A stretch of DNA of 64,000 nt, taken from assembly GCA_964594455.1 (NCBI GenBank), contig CAZQLY010000002.1, positions 3,819 to 67,818 on the forward strand, written 5' to 3'. Position 1 is the stretch's first letter, and each line of letters begins with the position of its first letter. Positions 30,301 to 37,701 of the stretch are shown here, one piece after another. This DNA comes from an uncultured Gammaproteobacteria bacterium. Lineage in GTDB: Bacteria > Patescibacteriota > Patescibacteriia > JAHIZJ01. The translations under genes were made by a program, and so were the position numbers. The notes under the pieces were generated by a model, which was not told the DNA's origin, ran no database searches, and saw nothing but the letters and a program-made list of their open reading frames with translations.

Positions 30301-32815
30301 AACTACCCGAAGTTATCTCTGTTGCTTGCCCACTATCTGAATATCCGGTTACGGTCGGATTAGTTGGATTGTCACTATCGGTTGTGTAGGTAACGTCAAC
30401 ATCTTCTATGGTTGGTGTGTTAGATCCATCTGAGGCGAGGGTTATTTTTAACTGCAGATATCTTCTCTCGGGTGTGGTTATGCTGGATATATCCAAACTA
30501 TTAGTACTATCTCCAGTAGCGGCATTGACCACTGTTTCCCAAGACGACCAAGTGACCTGATCAGTGCTGGTTCTGAAAGAAATTGATATTGATGATGAGC
30601 CTGGGGTGGGGTGGTTGGCAGATAGTGTTTCCCAGGCAGAAATATAATTAAGGTCAAGAGTCTCGGATATCCAATCAGCCGAAGCAACATATTCATTGGT
30701 TGTCATATCCGCCTGGTAAACGGAGGTAGTGTTAAACCCTCTCGTAGCGTAGAGCTTATCATTTGTTTCATCATAAGCCATTGAGGCTCCATATCCGTTG
30801 GTACGTTCTGGGAAACTGATAGAACGTTCCCAAGAATCACCGGATATGTCATAACGCCAAAAACGATCTGTGTAATTTGCGGAAATGGCATAGATATAAT
30901 TTGTTCCGTCGTAAACCAAATCAGCCGAATAGTATGTGCTAGTAGGTAAGGGCGCCATGGCACTCCAGCCAACTCCTGGTTCATAGCGATGGAATTCACT
31001 TCGGTTATCTCCCATTAGTGCGTAGACATAAGTTCCATTATTGACCAGAGCAGCACCATAATAGGTAGCGTAAGGTAGGATAGTTTCTTCAGACCAAGAA
31101 CCATCATAGCTGTAAAAATGGTCACGCTGGTAACCTTTCATAGCATAAACCGTTGACCCCAGGCAAGTAATGTCAGCGCCATAGTAGGCGTTGCGAGCGC
31201 CCAAAGAACTTCCGGAATGAGTGGTCGATATTGAAGTGAGAGCACTCCAAGAATCTCCACTTATACTATAGGAATAAAAATTGACTGTATTATTTCCAGC
31301 CAAGGCATATATTGAATTGGAGCCGTCATAACACAGAGAGGCACCTTCCTGGATGGCTCCGTTTATTGTATCGAGAGTAGTCCAAGTGTGATGCTCTATA
31401 TCATATTTCCAGAAGTTGGTCGTATTTTCGCCTTGGGCAACAAACAAACATCCATCAGCAGAATCACAATTAGATAGATCACCTTTATCTTCGACAAAGA
31501 TAGTTAACCCGTTTTCACCGGCATTTCCAACGTTGTTAGGCGTAGAGATAGAATCCCAGTGATTGTTAGTGAGATCATACCTCCAGAATTCAGGATCATT
31601 GTAGCCTTTTAATGAATAGAGATAGTTACCAAATTTAATCAGCGAACCGCCGTAGTAAATGTTATCTGGAGCGTCAGGAGTATCAGTGATGTCACTGTCC
31701 CAAGTTTCAGCATCGACATCATATTTCAAAAAGTCATCGGTGTTATTGCCGCGTTGCATATAAATATAGCCACTAGTTGAATCATAAGCCATGGCTCCTC
31801 CATAATGCGGGCCGTAGCTAGATAAAATATCGGTTGCATCATACCACTGACTTTCACCTATATCGAATCTGAAGAATTGCAAATTACGATTACCGCGGGT
31901 AGCAAATATACAACCCAAGGAACAATATTCCGGGTCAGCTCCATAGGGGTCGTTCATATATACTAAAGCGTGTCCATTCGTTGTATATATTTGATAATCC
32001 GGAAGACTCGGCATTGTTTCATCCCAGGTGTCTGTATCAGTATCATATTTCCAGAAGGTTGCCGTTGAATAGCCACGGGCAGCATATAAGGTGCCACTGC
32101 CATCGGATACTATATCTGAACCCAGCGCCCAAGTGTCAGGCGCATCAGATAATTTAGACCAAGCATCACTGGCAATATCATATTTGTATAAATGCTTGGT
32201 GGCAGTACCATTCTCGTTTTGCAGGCCTCCGTTTGTGGCATATAAAGCGCCATCATAATATTCAATTGCCCCACCGTAGTAAAATGAAGTCGGAGCATTA
32301 GCTAACTGCTTAAAAGTATTAAGCTCCGGATTATAACGTATGAGAGTAGGAGTATAATTGCCTTGGATTAAATATATATATGTGCCGTCACTGGCCATGT
32401 CTGCACCGTAGGAATTGCCTCGGTAGGTATGTAGCCCGTAACCATAAGTGTCAGTTAAGAATCCAGGCGTATCCGTGCTCCACTGTCCACCAGCCCCACT
32501 GGAAATGCTCATGTCGCCTGCGGTAGAAGTTGTATCAAGAGTTCCAAAGTAATAATCGCCTGATTCCCAATCTGACTGACTGGTTAAAGAGATGGTGCCG
32601 CTGACAGCGTGGGTAAAGAATATTCTCCAAGTCATTAAAGCGGTACCGCCTAGCACAACTAGGATAACAATAGCGATAATGGTGGAAGAGTTTCTTATCT
32701 TTCTTTTTGATCTTTTAGTAATTTTTTTGCTATTTAAAATACTCTGCCGTTTAATTGTTTTTTTGGCAGTTTTTCGCTGTTTTTGAGCTGTTTTCTTCAG
32801 TTTTCTTTTTGGCAT
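24359..32815 (-). CDS. Giant (~2800 aa) surface protein with two Kelch-like propeller regions and many FN3 domains
   Basis: Basic N-terminus plus TM; repeated YxxxG..FxxYD..W blades; FN3 motifs (LEPATTYHFR, LSPVTKYYYR); start at ATG 32815. Confidence 0.85.
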   Translation of the reverse strand: MPKRKLKKTAQKQRKTAKKTIKRQSILNSKKITKRSKRKIRNSSTIIAIVILVVLGGTALMTWRIFFTHAVSGTISLTSQSDWESGDYYFGTLDTTSTAGDMSISSGAGGQWSTDTPGFLTDTYGYGLHTYRGNSYGADMASDGTYIYLIQGNYTPTLIRYNPELNTFKQLANAPTSFYYGGAIEYYDGALYATNGGLQNENGTATKHLYKYDIASDAWSKLSDAPDTWALGSDIVSDGSGTLYAARGYSTATFWKYDTDTDTWDETMPSLPDYQIYTTNGHALVYMNDPYGADPEYCSLGCIFATRGNRNLQFFRFDIGESQWYDATDILSSYGPHYGGAMAYDSTSGYIYMQRGNNTDDFLKYDVDAETWDSDITDTPDAPDNIYYGGSLIKFGNYLYSLKGYNDPEFWRYDLTNNHWDSISTPNNVGNAGENGLTIFVEDKGDLSNCDSADGCLFVAQGENTTNFWKYDIEHHTWTTLDTINGAIQEGASLCYDGSNSIYALAGNNTVNFYSYSISGDSWSALTSISTTHSGSSLGARNAYYGADITCLGSTVYAMKGYQRDHFYSYDGSWSEETILPYATYYGAALVNNGTYVYALMGDNRSEFHRYEPGVGWSAMAPLPTSTYYSADLVYDGTNYIYAISANYTDRFWRYDISGDSWERSISFPERTNGYGASMAYDETNDKLYATRGFNTTSVYQADMTTNEYVASADWISETLDLNYISAWETLSANHPTPGSSSISISFRTSTDQVTWSSWETVVNAATGDSTNSLDISSITTPERRYLQLKITLASDGSNTPTIEDVDVTYTTDSDNPTNPTVTGYSDSGQATEITSGSSYYHTNPYFILSGASDASSGIAGYYVLWTTDSGANPASSEDYYQTTTTYEVNQELVGSTTYYLRIKTKDQAENVSDATTAFTYIYNGVTPAATQVWTAQADFEATGTSSSNVNTGADTGTSMKLSSISGGLWMDLPSTFGTAQLEETYYGTAMVFDNDDTIYVLRADDSKEFYKYSIANKSWAQLADIDSTANAHRGAALTYIPNGDYCSDSTGCIYAFVGNNTAEFLRYDINANSWTALSDYSGSGNVYYGGSLSWTGGDYIYGYRGYNSDDFYRYSISGDSWTPRSSPDQPFYYGSAMVQVDNGDYCSDNSGCLYAIRGSNTNQFVRYDISSNNWTNLTPTPFFIGYGASLTYNDGYIYATNGQQSDQFFKYDISNDIWNYLSDLPGTKRYGSGDGMVYDSSTDIIYMLRGQNEYSFYSYDVTNDKWLNTGLPHDHSTNGFYYGGVTYDGSDTLFIVRGNNTVDFYKYTISTGEYERLMDVPIPMYISADIVYKSGKVYAAGSYTKDSESKMYVYDVATDKWSTSTNAAPNWLGYGANLVDGGDGYIYTVRGQNTTSFYRYEIATNTWDTDLDTTPAGIYQGGCSVKASTGGVDYVYTVRAQNTADIFRYNLTGPSAGNWDAIDTLTDAPGNIYQSDGCAYDGSDLIYVPAGTSSSTDFYVYSVSGDSWETGGSIRSTNDEYWYYGALETGTNGILYGFRGYNTSAMTRYVPSSASTGFQPNGTWTSQILDLGSIYDFGGLKINDSEASETSLKYETRTCSDAGCSDDGNDENWSDWDEVSNEFNYGTTDYYTVDSTPAQYFQIKVTFTSDQVYTPTVNDITLSYYSDGTAPSNPDTLTSLDEEGGDAITTGNWYNHESPYFSWTGAADNAGGIGIQGYYVYFGTTSDADPESEGTLQSAATYTASSLSTGSTYYLRIKTRDYNGNISSTSWSPFTYSFDNVAPSRPTNLASSPAVPSAANSFNFYWTAGSDSGGSPSFQHCYKRYFDESTQDADDTCISSSQTSLLDLEALAEGVNYLKIRTLDEAGNYSNGGEYESVAYRWAQTPPSLPLNVEHGAVEGDAYSHTFAWTEPTQHAFDIGSYCYQINEIPTASYCTNSTYGRWTTSVETEGRYLAAFRTPNTQPGTNTFYIVAKDEAGLVDWETEDFDCDAGIGCIEFESDTISPNAPQSFSLADASNRDSQSYRLTIGWKEPAENEGSVLYKYNIYRSTDGETYSLRESLLHVDGQSEYAYTDVSLSNTVEYYYRVSAVDLAGAESDYTTALSMVPEGKYTEPPDQVGSPSVQARIRSCLVEWLTEPSTHPASSFVQYGLTTDYGGEQGSSDLVSSHSVTMIDLEPATTYHFRLKWVDQDGNIGYSPDYTFTTNEAPSAPINLTVDPEYNTVNRFTFDWDPPTDEGVTIDGYFYSINNIPNEDNVSYVTDSSLGPVAAATQQGVNTIYIIAVDDAGNYSYSNYASTEFEVETEPPGEPQNVTIVDSSDRNAKRYNITLTWDSPTTSSDLNQEDDTLYYTIYRSEDDGDSFDFIAQITSTGYLDTGLDNSIEYYYKVVASDKAGATSDATDPVSEIPEGRYTEPPAITKDPVAAPDSYSATISWKTEREASSFVEFGLTSSLGEEQGTADQVEDHDLKITGLSPVTKYYYRIKSIDIDENAAYSEVGSFTTLEAPRVQEVSITDVRLFDAIISWKTNKETTTAIEYGTSTQYGTTYTDVGGSLTFTHTVKLEQLTDGTTYHLRMAGVDSNNNPVQSDDYSFTTLTFPRVSDVQFQNKAEGETEVTWTTNVPTTSTVEYYNADIPSKTQGNTALVTEHSILLFGLEDDTTYLTKVRGTDQFGYEAVSPELNFTTLKDTTPPIISNVQSESNTVGTGEGSKIQIIVSWQTNEATTSKVEYGEGLSESSYTGETDENAELVFDHLMVVSNLSPARTYHFRVVAADRAGNISKSGSYSILTSRTRESFLQLVIANLEDTFSWLGNITDIFQ

Positions 32816-32928
32816 TTTTTGTTTTTTGACCACTGTACAACACAAAATATCCAAAAAATACAGCAAAGCCCTTATTAATGTCTAATGTTAGCTAAAAAAG
32901 GGATATTTGCGTTCAGTTATCATCCCCT

Positions 32929-32957
32929 ATTGTAGCAAAAAAACTGTCTTTTGTCAA
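32929..32957 (-). promoter_or_regulatory. Promoter of the giant surface-protein operon
   Basis: TTGACA-17-TACAAT on the minus strand. Confidence 0.6.
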
Positions 32958-33006
32958 AATATATTTGTGGAAAATTGTCAAGCAAAAAAGAATGTATAAT
33001 CAAACC

Positions 33007-33035
33007 TTGACAACATTTATATGTTATGCTACAAT
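33007..33035 (+). promoter_or_regulatory. Promoter of pilT
   Basis: TTGACA-17-TACAAT. Confidence 0.6.
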
Positions 33036-33139
33036 AAAAGTGTCAAAACATAAAAACCAAGACCAAAACCCAATAAAAAACCATATTATTCCACTAAAAT
33101 AAGTTGGGTTTGGTCGGCCTAACTTTTTTGTATAAACAA

Positions 33140-34225
33140 ATGACTTTAGAAAACTTACTTCAAGCAGCTGTAGACAAAACAGCATCTGACCTTCACTTAG
33201 TTGCTGGCTTACCCCCTACTTTGCGAGTAGATGGTAGTTTAGTTGAATTAGACAAGGCCAAACCGCTTACCGGGGAAGAAATAAAAGAAATGGTTTTTGC
33301 TATCCTAGATGATCGGAGAAAGAAAAAGTTTGAAGAGGAGCGTGAATTGGATCTTTCTTATGAGATAAAAGACGTTTCTCGCTTCCGTGTAAATTTGCAT
33401 TGGGAAAAAGATCAAGTTAGTGTGGCGGCTCGTGTTATTTCTAGTGCCACTCCTTCACTTGAACAATTACAAATACCCCCAGTCGTGTACGAGCTGCTTC
33501 GCTTGAAGCAGGGTTTAATATTGGTAACTGGCCCAACTGGTTGCGGTAAGTCAACAACTTTGGCCGCGATGATCGATTTGATCAACAGTGAACGGCGCTG
33601 CAACATAGTTACGTTGGAAGATCCGATTGAGTTTATTTACAAACCAAAGAAAAGCATTATCCGCCAACGCCAGTTAGGCAGCGACATGCTCTCTTTTCAA
33701 GACGCGTTGAAACACGTGGTGCGTCAGGATCCCAACGTTATTCTAGTTGGTGAGATGCGCGATCTTGATACTATAGCTACAACCATTACTTTAGCAGAGA
33801 CTGGGCATTTAGTATTAGCTACGCTACATACTTATAATGCTGCCCAAACCATAGATCGTATCATTGATGTGTTTCCACCAAATCAGCAATCTCAAATTAG
33901 GTTGCAGTTATCCCTGTTCTTAAAGGGAATTATCTCACAACAATTACTCCCTCGTATTAGAGCCAAAAAGGGCGTATTAGGATCACCCAACACAGAACCA
34001 TTGTCTTACGGACGTGTTTCGTCTCGTGAAGTTCTAATCAATACACCGGCTATTGCTAACTTGATTAGAGAAAATAAGATTCCTCAGATGCGTTCAGTTA
34101 TTCAAACTAGCGCTGATCTGGGTATGTACACCATGGATCAGAATATCAGGCGTTTATACAAAGAAGGATTCATCAGTCGAGAAACCGCCTTGACCTATAT
34201 GCAAGAACCCGATACCCTAGAATAA
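33140..34225 (+). CDS. pilT: Type IV pilus retraction ATPase PilT
   Basis: ASDLHL, GPTGCGKSTTLAAM, TLEDPIEF, RQDPNVILVGEMRD, ETGHLVLATLH, AIANLIRE. Confidence 0.94.
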   Translation: MTLENLLQAAVDKTASDLHLVAGLPPTLRVDGSLVELDKAKPLTGEEIKEMVFAILDDRRKKKFEEERELDLSYEIKDVSRFRVNLHWEKDQVSVAARVISSATPSLEQLQIPPVVYELLRLKQGLILVTGPTGCGKSTTLAAMIDLINSERRCNIVTLEDPIEFIYKPKKSIIRQRQLGSDMLSFQDALKHVVRQDPNVILVGEMRDLDTIATTITLAETGHLVLATLHTYNAAQTIDRIIDVFPPNQQSQIRLQLSLFLKGIISQQLLPRIRAKKGVLGSPNTEPLSYGRVSSREVLINTPAIANLIRENKIPQMRSVIQTSADLGMYTMDQNIRRLYKEGFISRETALTYMQEPDTLE

Positions 34226-34234
34226 AATCAATAC

Positions 34235-34268
34235 AAAAACGTCCGCGATGCTTTTCCGGACGTTTTTT
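34235..34268. terminator. Bidirectional terminator between pilT and tRNA-Lys
   Basis: AAAAACGTCCG..CGGACGTTTTTT. Confidence 0.65.
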
Positions 34269-34285
34269 ATTTTGTTTAATGTTTT

Positions 34286-34361
34286 TGGTGCGCCGTGAGG
34301 GATTCGAACCCCCGACCGTTGGCTTAAGAGGCCACTGCTCTACCAGCTGAGCTAACGGCGC
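34286..34361 (-). tRNA. tRNA-Lys(CTT)
   Basis: Minus strand GCGCCGT/ACGGCGC acceptor, anticodon loop CTCTTAA, TTCGAAT, CCA. Confidence 0.94.
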
Positions 34362-34479
34362 CCGAACTACGCTCCGATTTCATCGGAGCTTCGTTGGGCA
34401 AGAGTGGTGTTATTATTCCACAGCTTGTCCCCCGAAGCTCGAATGCAAGTGAGAGCGTAGGTGGGAATCTAACGGCGCA
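34360..34479 (-). repeat. Hairpin element abutting the tRNA-Lys 5' end plus an upstream tRNA-Lys 5' fragment with a 39-nt TCCC..GGGA insert
   Basis: GCCC-GAACTACGCTCCGAT-ttc-ATCGGAGCTTCGTT-GGGC at 34360-34399; GCGCCGTTAG copy at 34469-34478; insert 34428-34466. Confidence 0.75.
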
Positions 34480-34537
34480 TAAATATTAGACTGTCATTAT
34501 ACTAGCAGATATTTTTATATTGTCCAGTCTGGCCAGG

Positions 34538-36005
34538 CTATTCTTTTGACCTTCCTTTTTCTGGAAATACTACGTCGCGCGACATAGTCATCATGGATTT
34601 GGGTCGGTTTTTAAAGGCGTCAGGCGATAACATATCCTCAACCAAAGTGTCTTTATCGAACGTTCCAATATGTATGCCAACGCCTTTTTCCTTGGCCCGA
34701 GCTAACATGCCCTTATCATAAGTCGCAGCCGCCACAGCCAGGGAGGAACCTTTGTGCTTTTCCAAAATATCCATAACTTTGCCTTTGGGGGGCCATTCAG
34801 TAAGGAGCTGCATTTCCTCAGCCCATTCGCTAGTTGATCTCAACTCGTCTTCTGTATAACGACTGGCTAAGCCTAGTTTTTCCAATACTTTGCCAGCATT
34901 ATTTGCGACCGGACCCATCTCCGAAAGAGGCACGGACTGAAAAGCAAATTTCTCTTTTTGTCGTTTCGGGTCCTCGGCGCTTAGCTTATCGCTTACTTCA
35001 TCTAGGGTGTATAAAGTTTCCGGACGACCGGTCATAAAGTATGTTTGCCCGGTTAGCCCCTGAGAGTCTAATGACCTCAGAATTCTTTCAGCTACCTCTG
35101 TATCACTCGATGGTGTTTTGATATGCAGAAATAGTTTTAATCCTCTCCGGGCAGCTCTGGCAGCTTTTGGATCTTGGGGCAAAACATCGCGAACCGCATC
35201 AAGTAGCTGATCTAGATGAGGGGCTTTTTTCTAAGGCGCCCATTCTATGAGCGTGAGTCACTACTGGTTCACCCTTAGCATTAACCCGGACATCAAATTC
35301 AAATCCGCCAATGCCTTGCTGAAGATTTTCTTTAATTTCCTCTATTTTATAAGTGGGATCTTTTAATATAAATTTGGCTAGTAATCCTAGCGGACCTAAC
35401 TTATCTAGTCTTCCAGCTACTTTATCAGTGGAAGCGCCAAATATTCTTTCACGCAGAGGCTTGAAACTGCCTCGATGCAATATGGCTTGTCGTCTGGGTA
35501 GATAGTCTTTTACCATCCGGCGCAGAACTGTAGCATGAGTAACCTTCACTATTCTTTCGGTAATCTCCCTCAGGTCTGAATCAACCTGATCGGGTATTTC
35601 CCCAACTTGATCAAGAAGCTGGGTTACTCGTTCGCCCATTTTTTCAAAAGAAAAATCACTGGCGACAGTTTCCCGGGCTAGTTGGGCAATCTGCCTTATT
35701 TCGTTTTCAGTTACGCCGTACTGCTCCATTAATTCGTCAAAAGACACCATGATTTCTTGGCCAGAATCATCTTGTTCACCTGATCTGAATTTCGTATCAC
35801 CAAAAAACTCTCTCGGATTAGCTGAGATACGATCTAATTCTTCATTTAAAACATCGGCGTAATTTTTTTTCTGATTATGTTTGAACCACTCTGGTAAATT
35901 TGGATTATGTTCAGTTTGTTCCGTATCATCTGTTGATTCGACTCGAGGGGTTTCTGCTTCAGTTCGTGATTCAATGTTTTTTTCAGGTGTGGAGCGTTCG
36001 AGCAT
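34538..36005 (-). pseudogene. Glycerophosphodiester phosphodiesterase (GDPD)-like gene split by one frameshift
   Basis: HRG, FEFDVR..GEPVVTH in ORF 35199-36005; removing one A from the A6 run (35225-35230) gives APHLDQLL..LFLHIK and joins ORF 34538-35182. Confidence 0.65.
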
Positions 36006-36106
36006 AGATTAAATATATAAAAAATCAGTTTTAAAATTCAATTAAAGATAGCAAGATATTGTGGTTTAGTCAAGATAAAAAAAGAGAGTGTTGCCACTCT
36101 CATTGT

Positions 36107-36703
36107 TCAAACAGCAGCTAAGTTCGGAATTACGCCGAGCCTTTCCAGCTGCTGGCTGGGCATGATACGAGAATCCCCGACTAGACCCTGTAAAGCATTG
36201 GTATCCACGTCGATGCGATACCGCCACAGCTTGTCGAGAACCTCGTTGAGACGTCTGGGATATAGAGCCAGAATTCTGCTATAGTGCTCTGCACCCAGAC
36301 AACTAACCAAGTGCGGGACATCACCTGGCGTCACGCAGCCATTTTGACCTTTAGCCGCGAACCAAGCGCTGCAAAGGGAGTTAGACCTCAGTTCTCTCAG
36401 TGCCCCGAGAATCATCACTGCCCGGAAAAGCGCAACAGGATCAACCAATCCTTCAGCACCCCAGAATTGGGTATCAACGGTTTCATAATTCTCAGGGTCA
36501 AACAGTTCGATGGCCAGTCCGACGAGCCGGAACCTCCCGTTTCTATAGATAATGCAGTATGGCTGAACCAACCGAGAACAATGAACATCACTTTCGCACC
36601 AAACCTCCTTCTGATTTGCCTGACATGTGAACAGGATGGGATATCCATTTCTTCGAAAGCACATGGTTCCCCTCCTTGGTTGTGGAACGATTGTGTCACC
36701 CAA
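36107..36703 (-). CDS. Hypothetical protein
   Basis: 198-aa ORF filling the gap between neighbouring features; no recognised motif; start uncertain. Confidence 0.45.
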   Translation of the reverse strand: MGDTIVPQPRRGTMCFRRNGYPILFTCQANQKEVWCESDVHCSRLVQPYCIIYRNGRFRLVGLAIELFDPENYETVDTQFWGAEGLVDPVALFRAVMILGALRELRSNSLCSAWFAAKGQNGCVTPGDVPHLVSCLGAEHYSRILALYPRRLNEVLDKLWRYRIDVDTNALQGLVGDSRIMPSQQLERLGVIPNLAAV

Positions 36704-36777
36704 GGGTAACCTAAAAAGAGCTTATTATCTTAGCAAAATAAATATAAAAAAACAAACTATAGCTAGTTTGTTGCAAC

Positions 36778-36854
36778 TGGTGCGCCCGGCAGGACTTGAA
36801 CCTACAACCTACGGTTCCGAAGACCGTCGCTCTATCCAGTTGAGCTACGGGCGC
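36778..36854 (-). tRNA. tRNA-Arg(TCG)
   Basis: GCGCCCG/CGGGCGC acceptor, ACGGT-CTTCGGA-ACCGT anticodon arm, TTCAAGT, CCA. Confidence 0.94.
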
Positions 36855-37116
36855 ATGAATTATTGTAGTTTTTAATTAACTCTTTCTTTTTCTTCCCGGC
36901 ACCTGGAGAATTTTTTAACAACCATTCTCGTTTTGCAGCACTTTTTCTTGATTCGTGTCTTTCTGAGTATACTATATTGAAAGGTCTTCTGTTTTTTGTT
37001 GATTTTACCCTACCTTTATTATGTTGGCTAAGCCTGTTATTTAGATCATTAGTAATACCAATATATAAATTCCCGTCTTTTTTACTCTTAAGAATATATA
37101 AGTAATGCGTTTCCAT
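36832..37116 (-). CDS. Small stand-alone GIY-YIG endonuclease
   Basis: HYLYIL..LYIG.TNDLNNRLSQHN.G..KSTK..RP..AAKRE; the stop codon lies inside tRNA-Arg (23-nt overlap). Confidence 0.9.
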   Translation of the reverse strand: METHYLYILKSKKDGNLYIGITNDLNNRLSQHNKGRVKSTKNRRPFNIVYSERHESRKSAAKREWLLKNSPGAGKKKKELIKNYNNSCARSSTG

Positions 37117-37126
37117 AAAGGGAAAT

Positions 37127-37199
37127 CAGTTGAGCTATCCCTGGCCCTTTGGGCCGGGATCCCGGTCGAGCTTTGCTCGACGAGGGACGGGCCCGCATG
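37127..37199 (-). repeat. Duplicated tRNA-Arg(TCG) 5' fragment with two tandem TCCC..GGGA hairpin inserts
   Basis: Minus strand CATGCGGGCCCG[TCCCTCGTCGAGCAAAGCTCGACCGGGA][TCCCGGCCCAAAGGGCCAGGGA]TAGCTCAACTG versus intact CATGCGCCCG|TAGCTCAACTG. Confidence 0.88.
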
Positions 37200-37309
37200 G
37201 ATTATATTTAAACAATCTATTTTGACTGATTTAGCCATAGCGAGAAACAGCAGCTGAACAACATGTCAAAACTGTATATACTATTACAGAAATAGTATGT
37301 TAGTCAACA

Positions 37310-37681
37310 CTATTCAACTGCTGGTTCCTCGTTGGTTGGTTTGGTCGGTTCTGATGGGGTAGTTGTCTCGGGCTCAGGCTCTTGAGGAGCACTGGTCTTG
37401 AGAGTGTCTTTTAACGCTTTGCCAGCCTTGAATTTCGGTACGGTCACGGATGGGATCTTTATCCGTTCGCTGGGATTTTGCGGATTAACACCCATGCGGG
37501 CATGTCTCTCTTTCGCAATAAAGGTTCCGAATCCGGTTAAGGTTACTTCGTTGCCAGAACGCAAAGACTCGTAGACGATATTTTCAAAAGCATCCATGAC
37601 GTCTTCAGCTTGTTTCTTGGAAACATGAGCGCGCTCTGATATTTTATCCATCAGATCTGATTTGCTCATTGATTTGCTCAT
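37310..37681 (-). CDS. hup: DNA-binding protein HU with P/E/T-rich tail
   Basis: VTLTGFGTF..R.ARMGVNPQ..PKFKAGKALKD; GGAGGTG SD before ATG 37681. Confidence 0.93.
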   Translation of the reverse strand: MSKSMSKSDLMDKISERAHVSKKQAEDVMDAFENIVYESLRSGNEVTLTGFGTFIAKERHARMGVNPQNPSERIKIPSVTVPKFKAGKALKDTLKTSAPQEPEPETTTPSEPTKPTNEEPAVE

Positions 37682-37701
37682 TTTTTTCACCTCCTTTCGA
37701 T

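Noticed and set aside
33061-33114. Inverted repeat GACCAAAACCCAA..TTGGGTTTGGTC in the pilT leader as a riboswitch or a member of the tRNA hairpin family
   Set aside because: Different ends, AT-rich loop and no recognised aptamer; at most a generic leader hairpin.
35222-35232. Programmed -1 frameshift at A-AAA-AAG
   Set aside because: The heptamer is not in the required codon phase and joining the ORFs needs a +1 shift.
37138-37187. Tandem TCCC..GGGA units as a CRISPR mini-array
   Set aside because: Only 4-nt ends are shared; there are no 23-47 nt direct repeats with unique spacers and no cas genes in the window.
37041-37238. 65-aa ORF through the hairpin region, and similar ORFs at 48453-48695 and 45239-45436
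   Set aside because: They are open only because GC-rich hairpins lack stops; no protein-like features.
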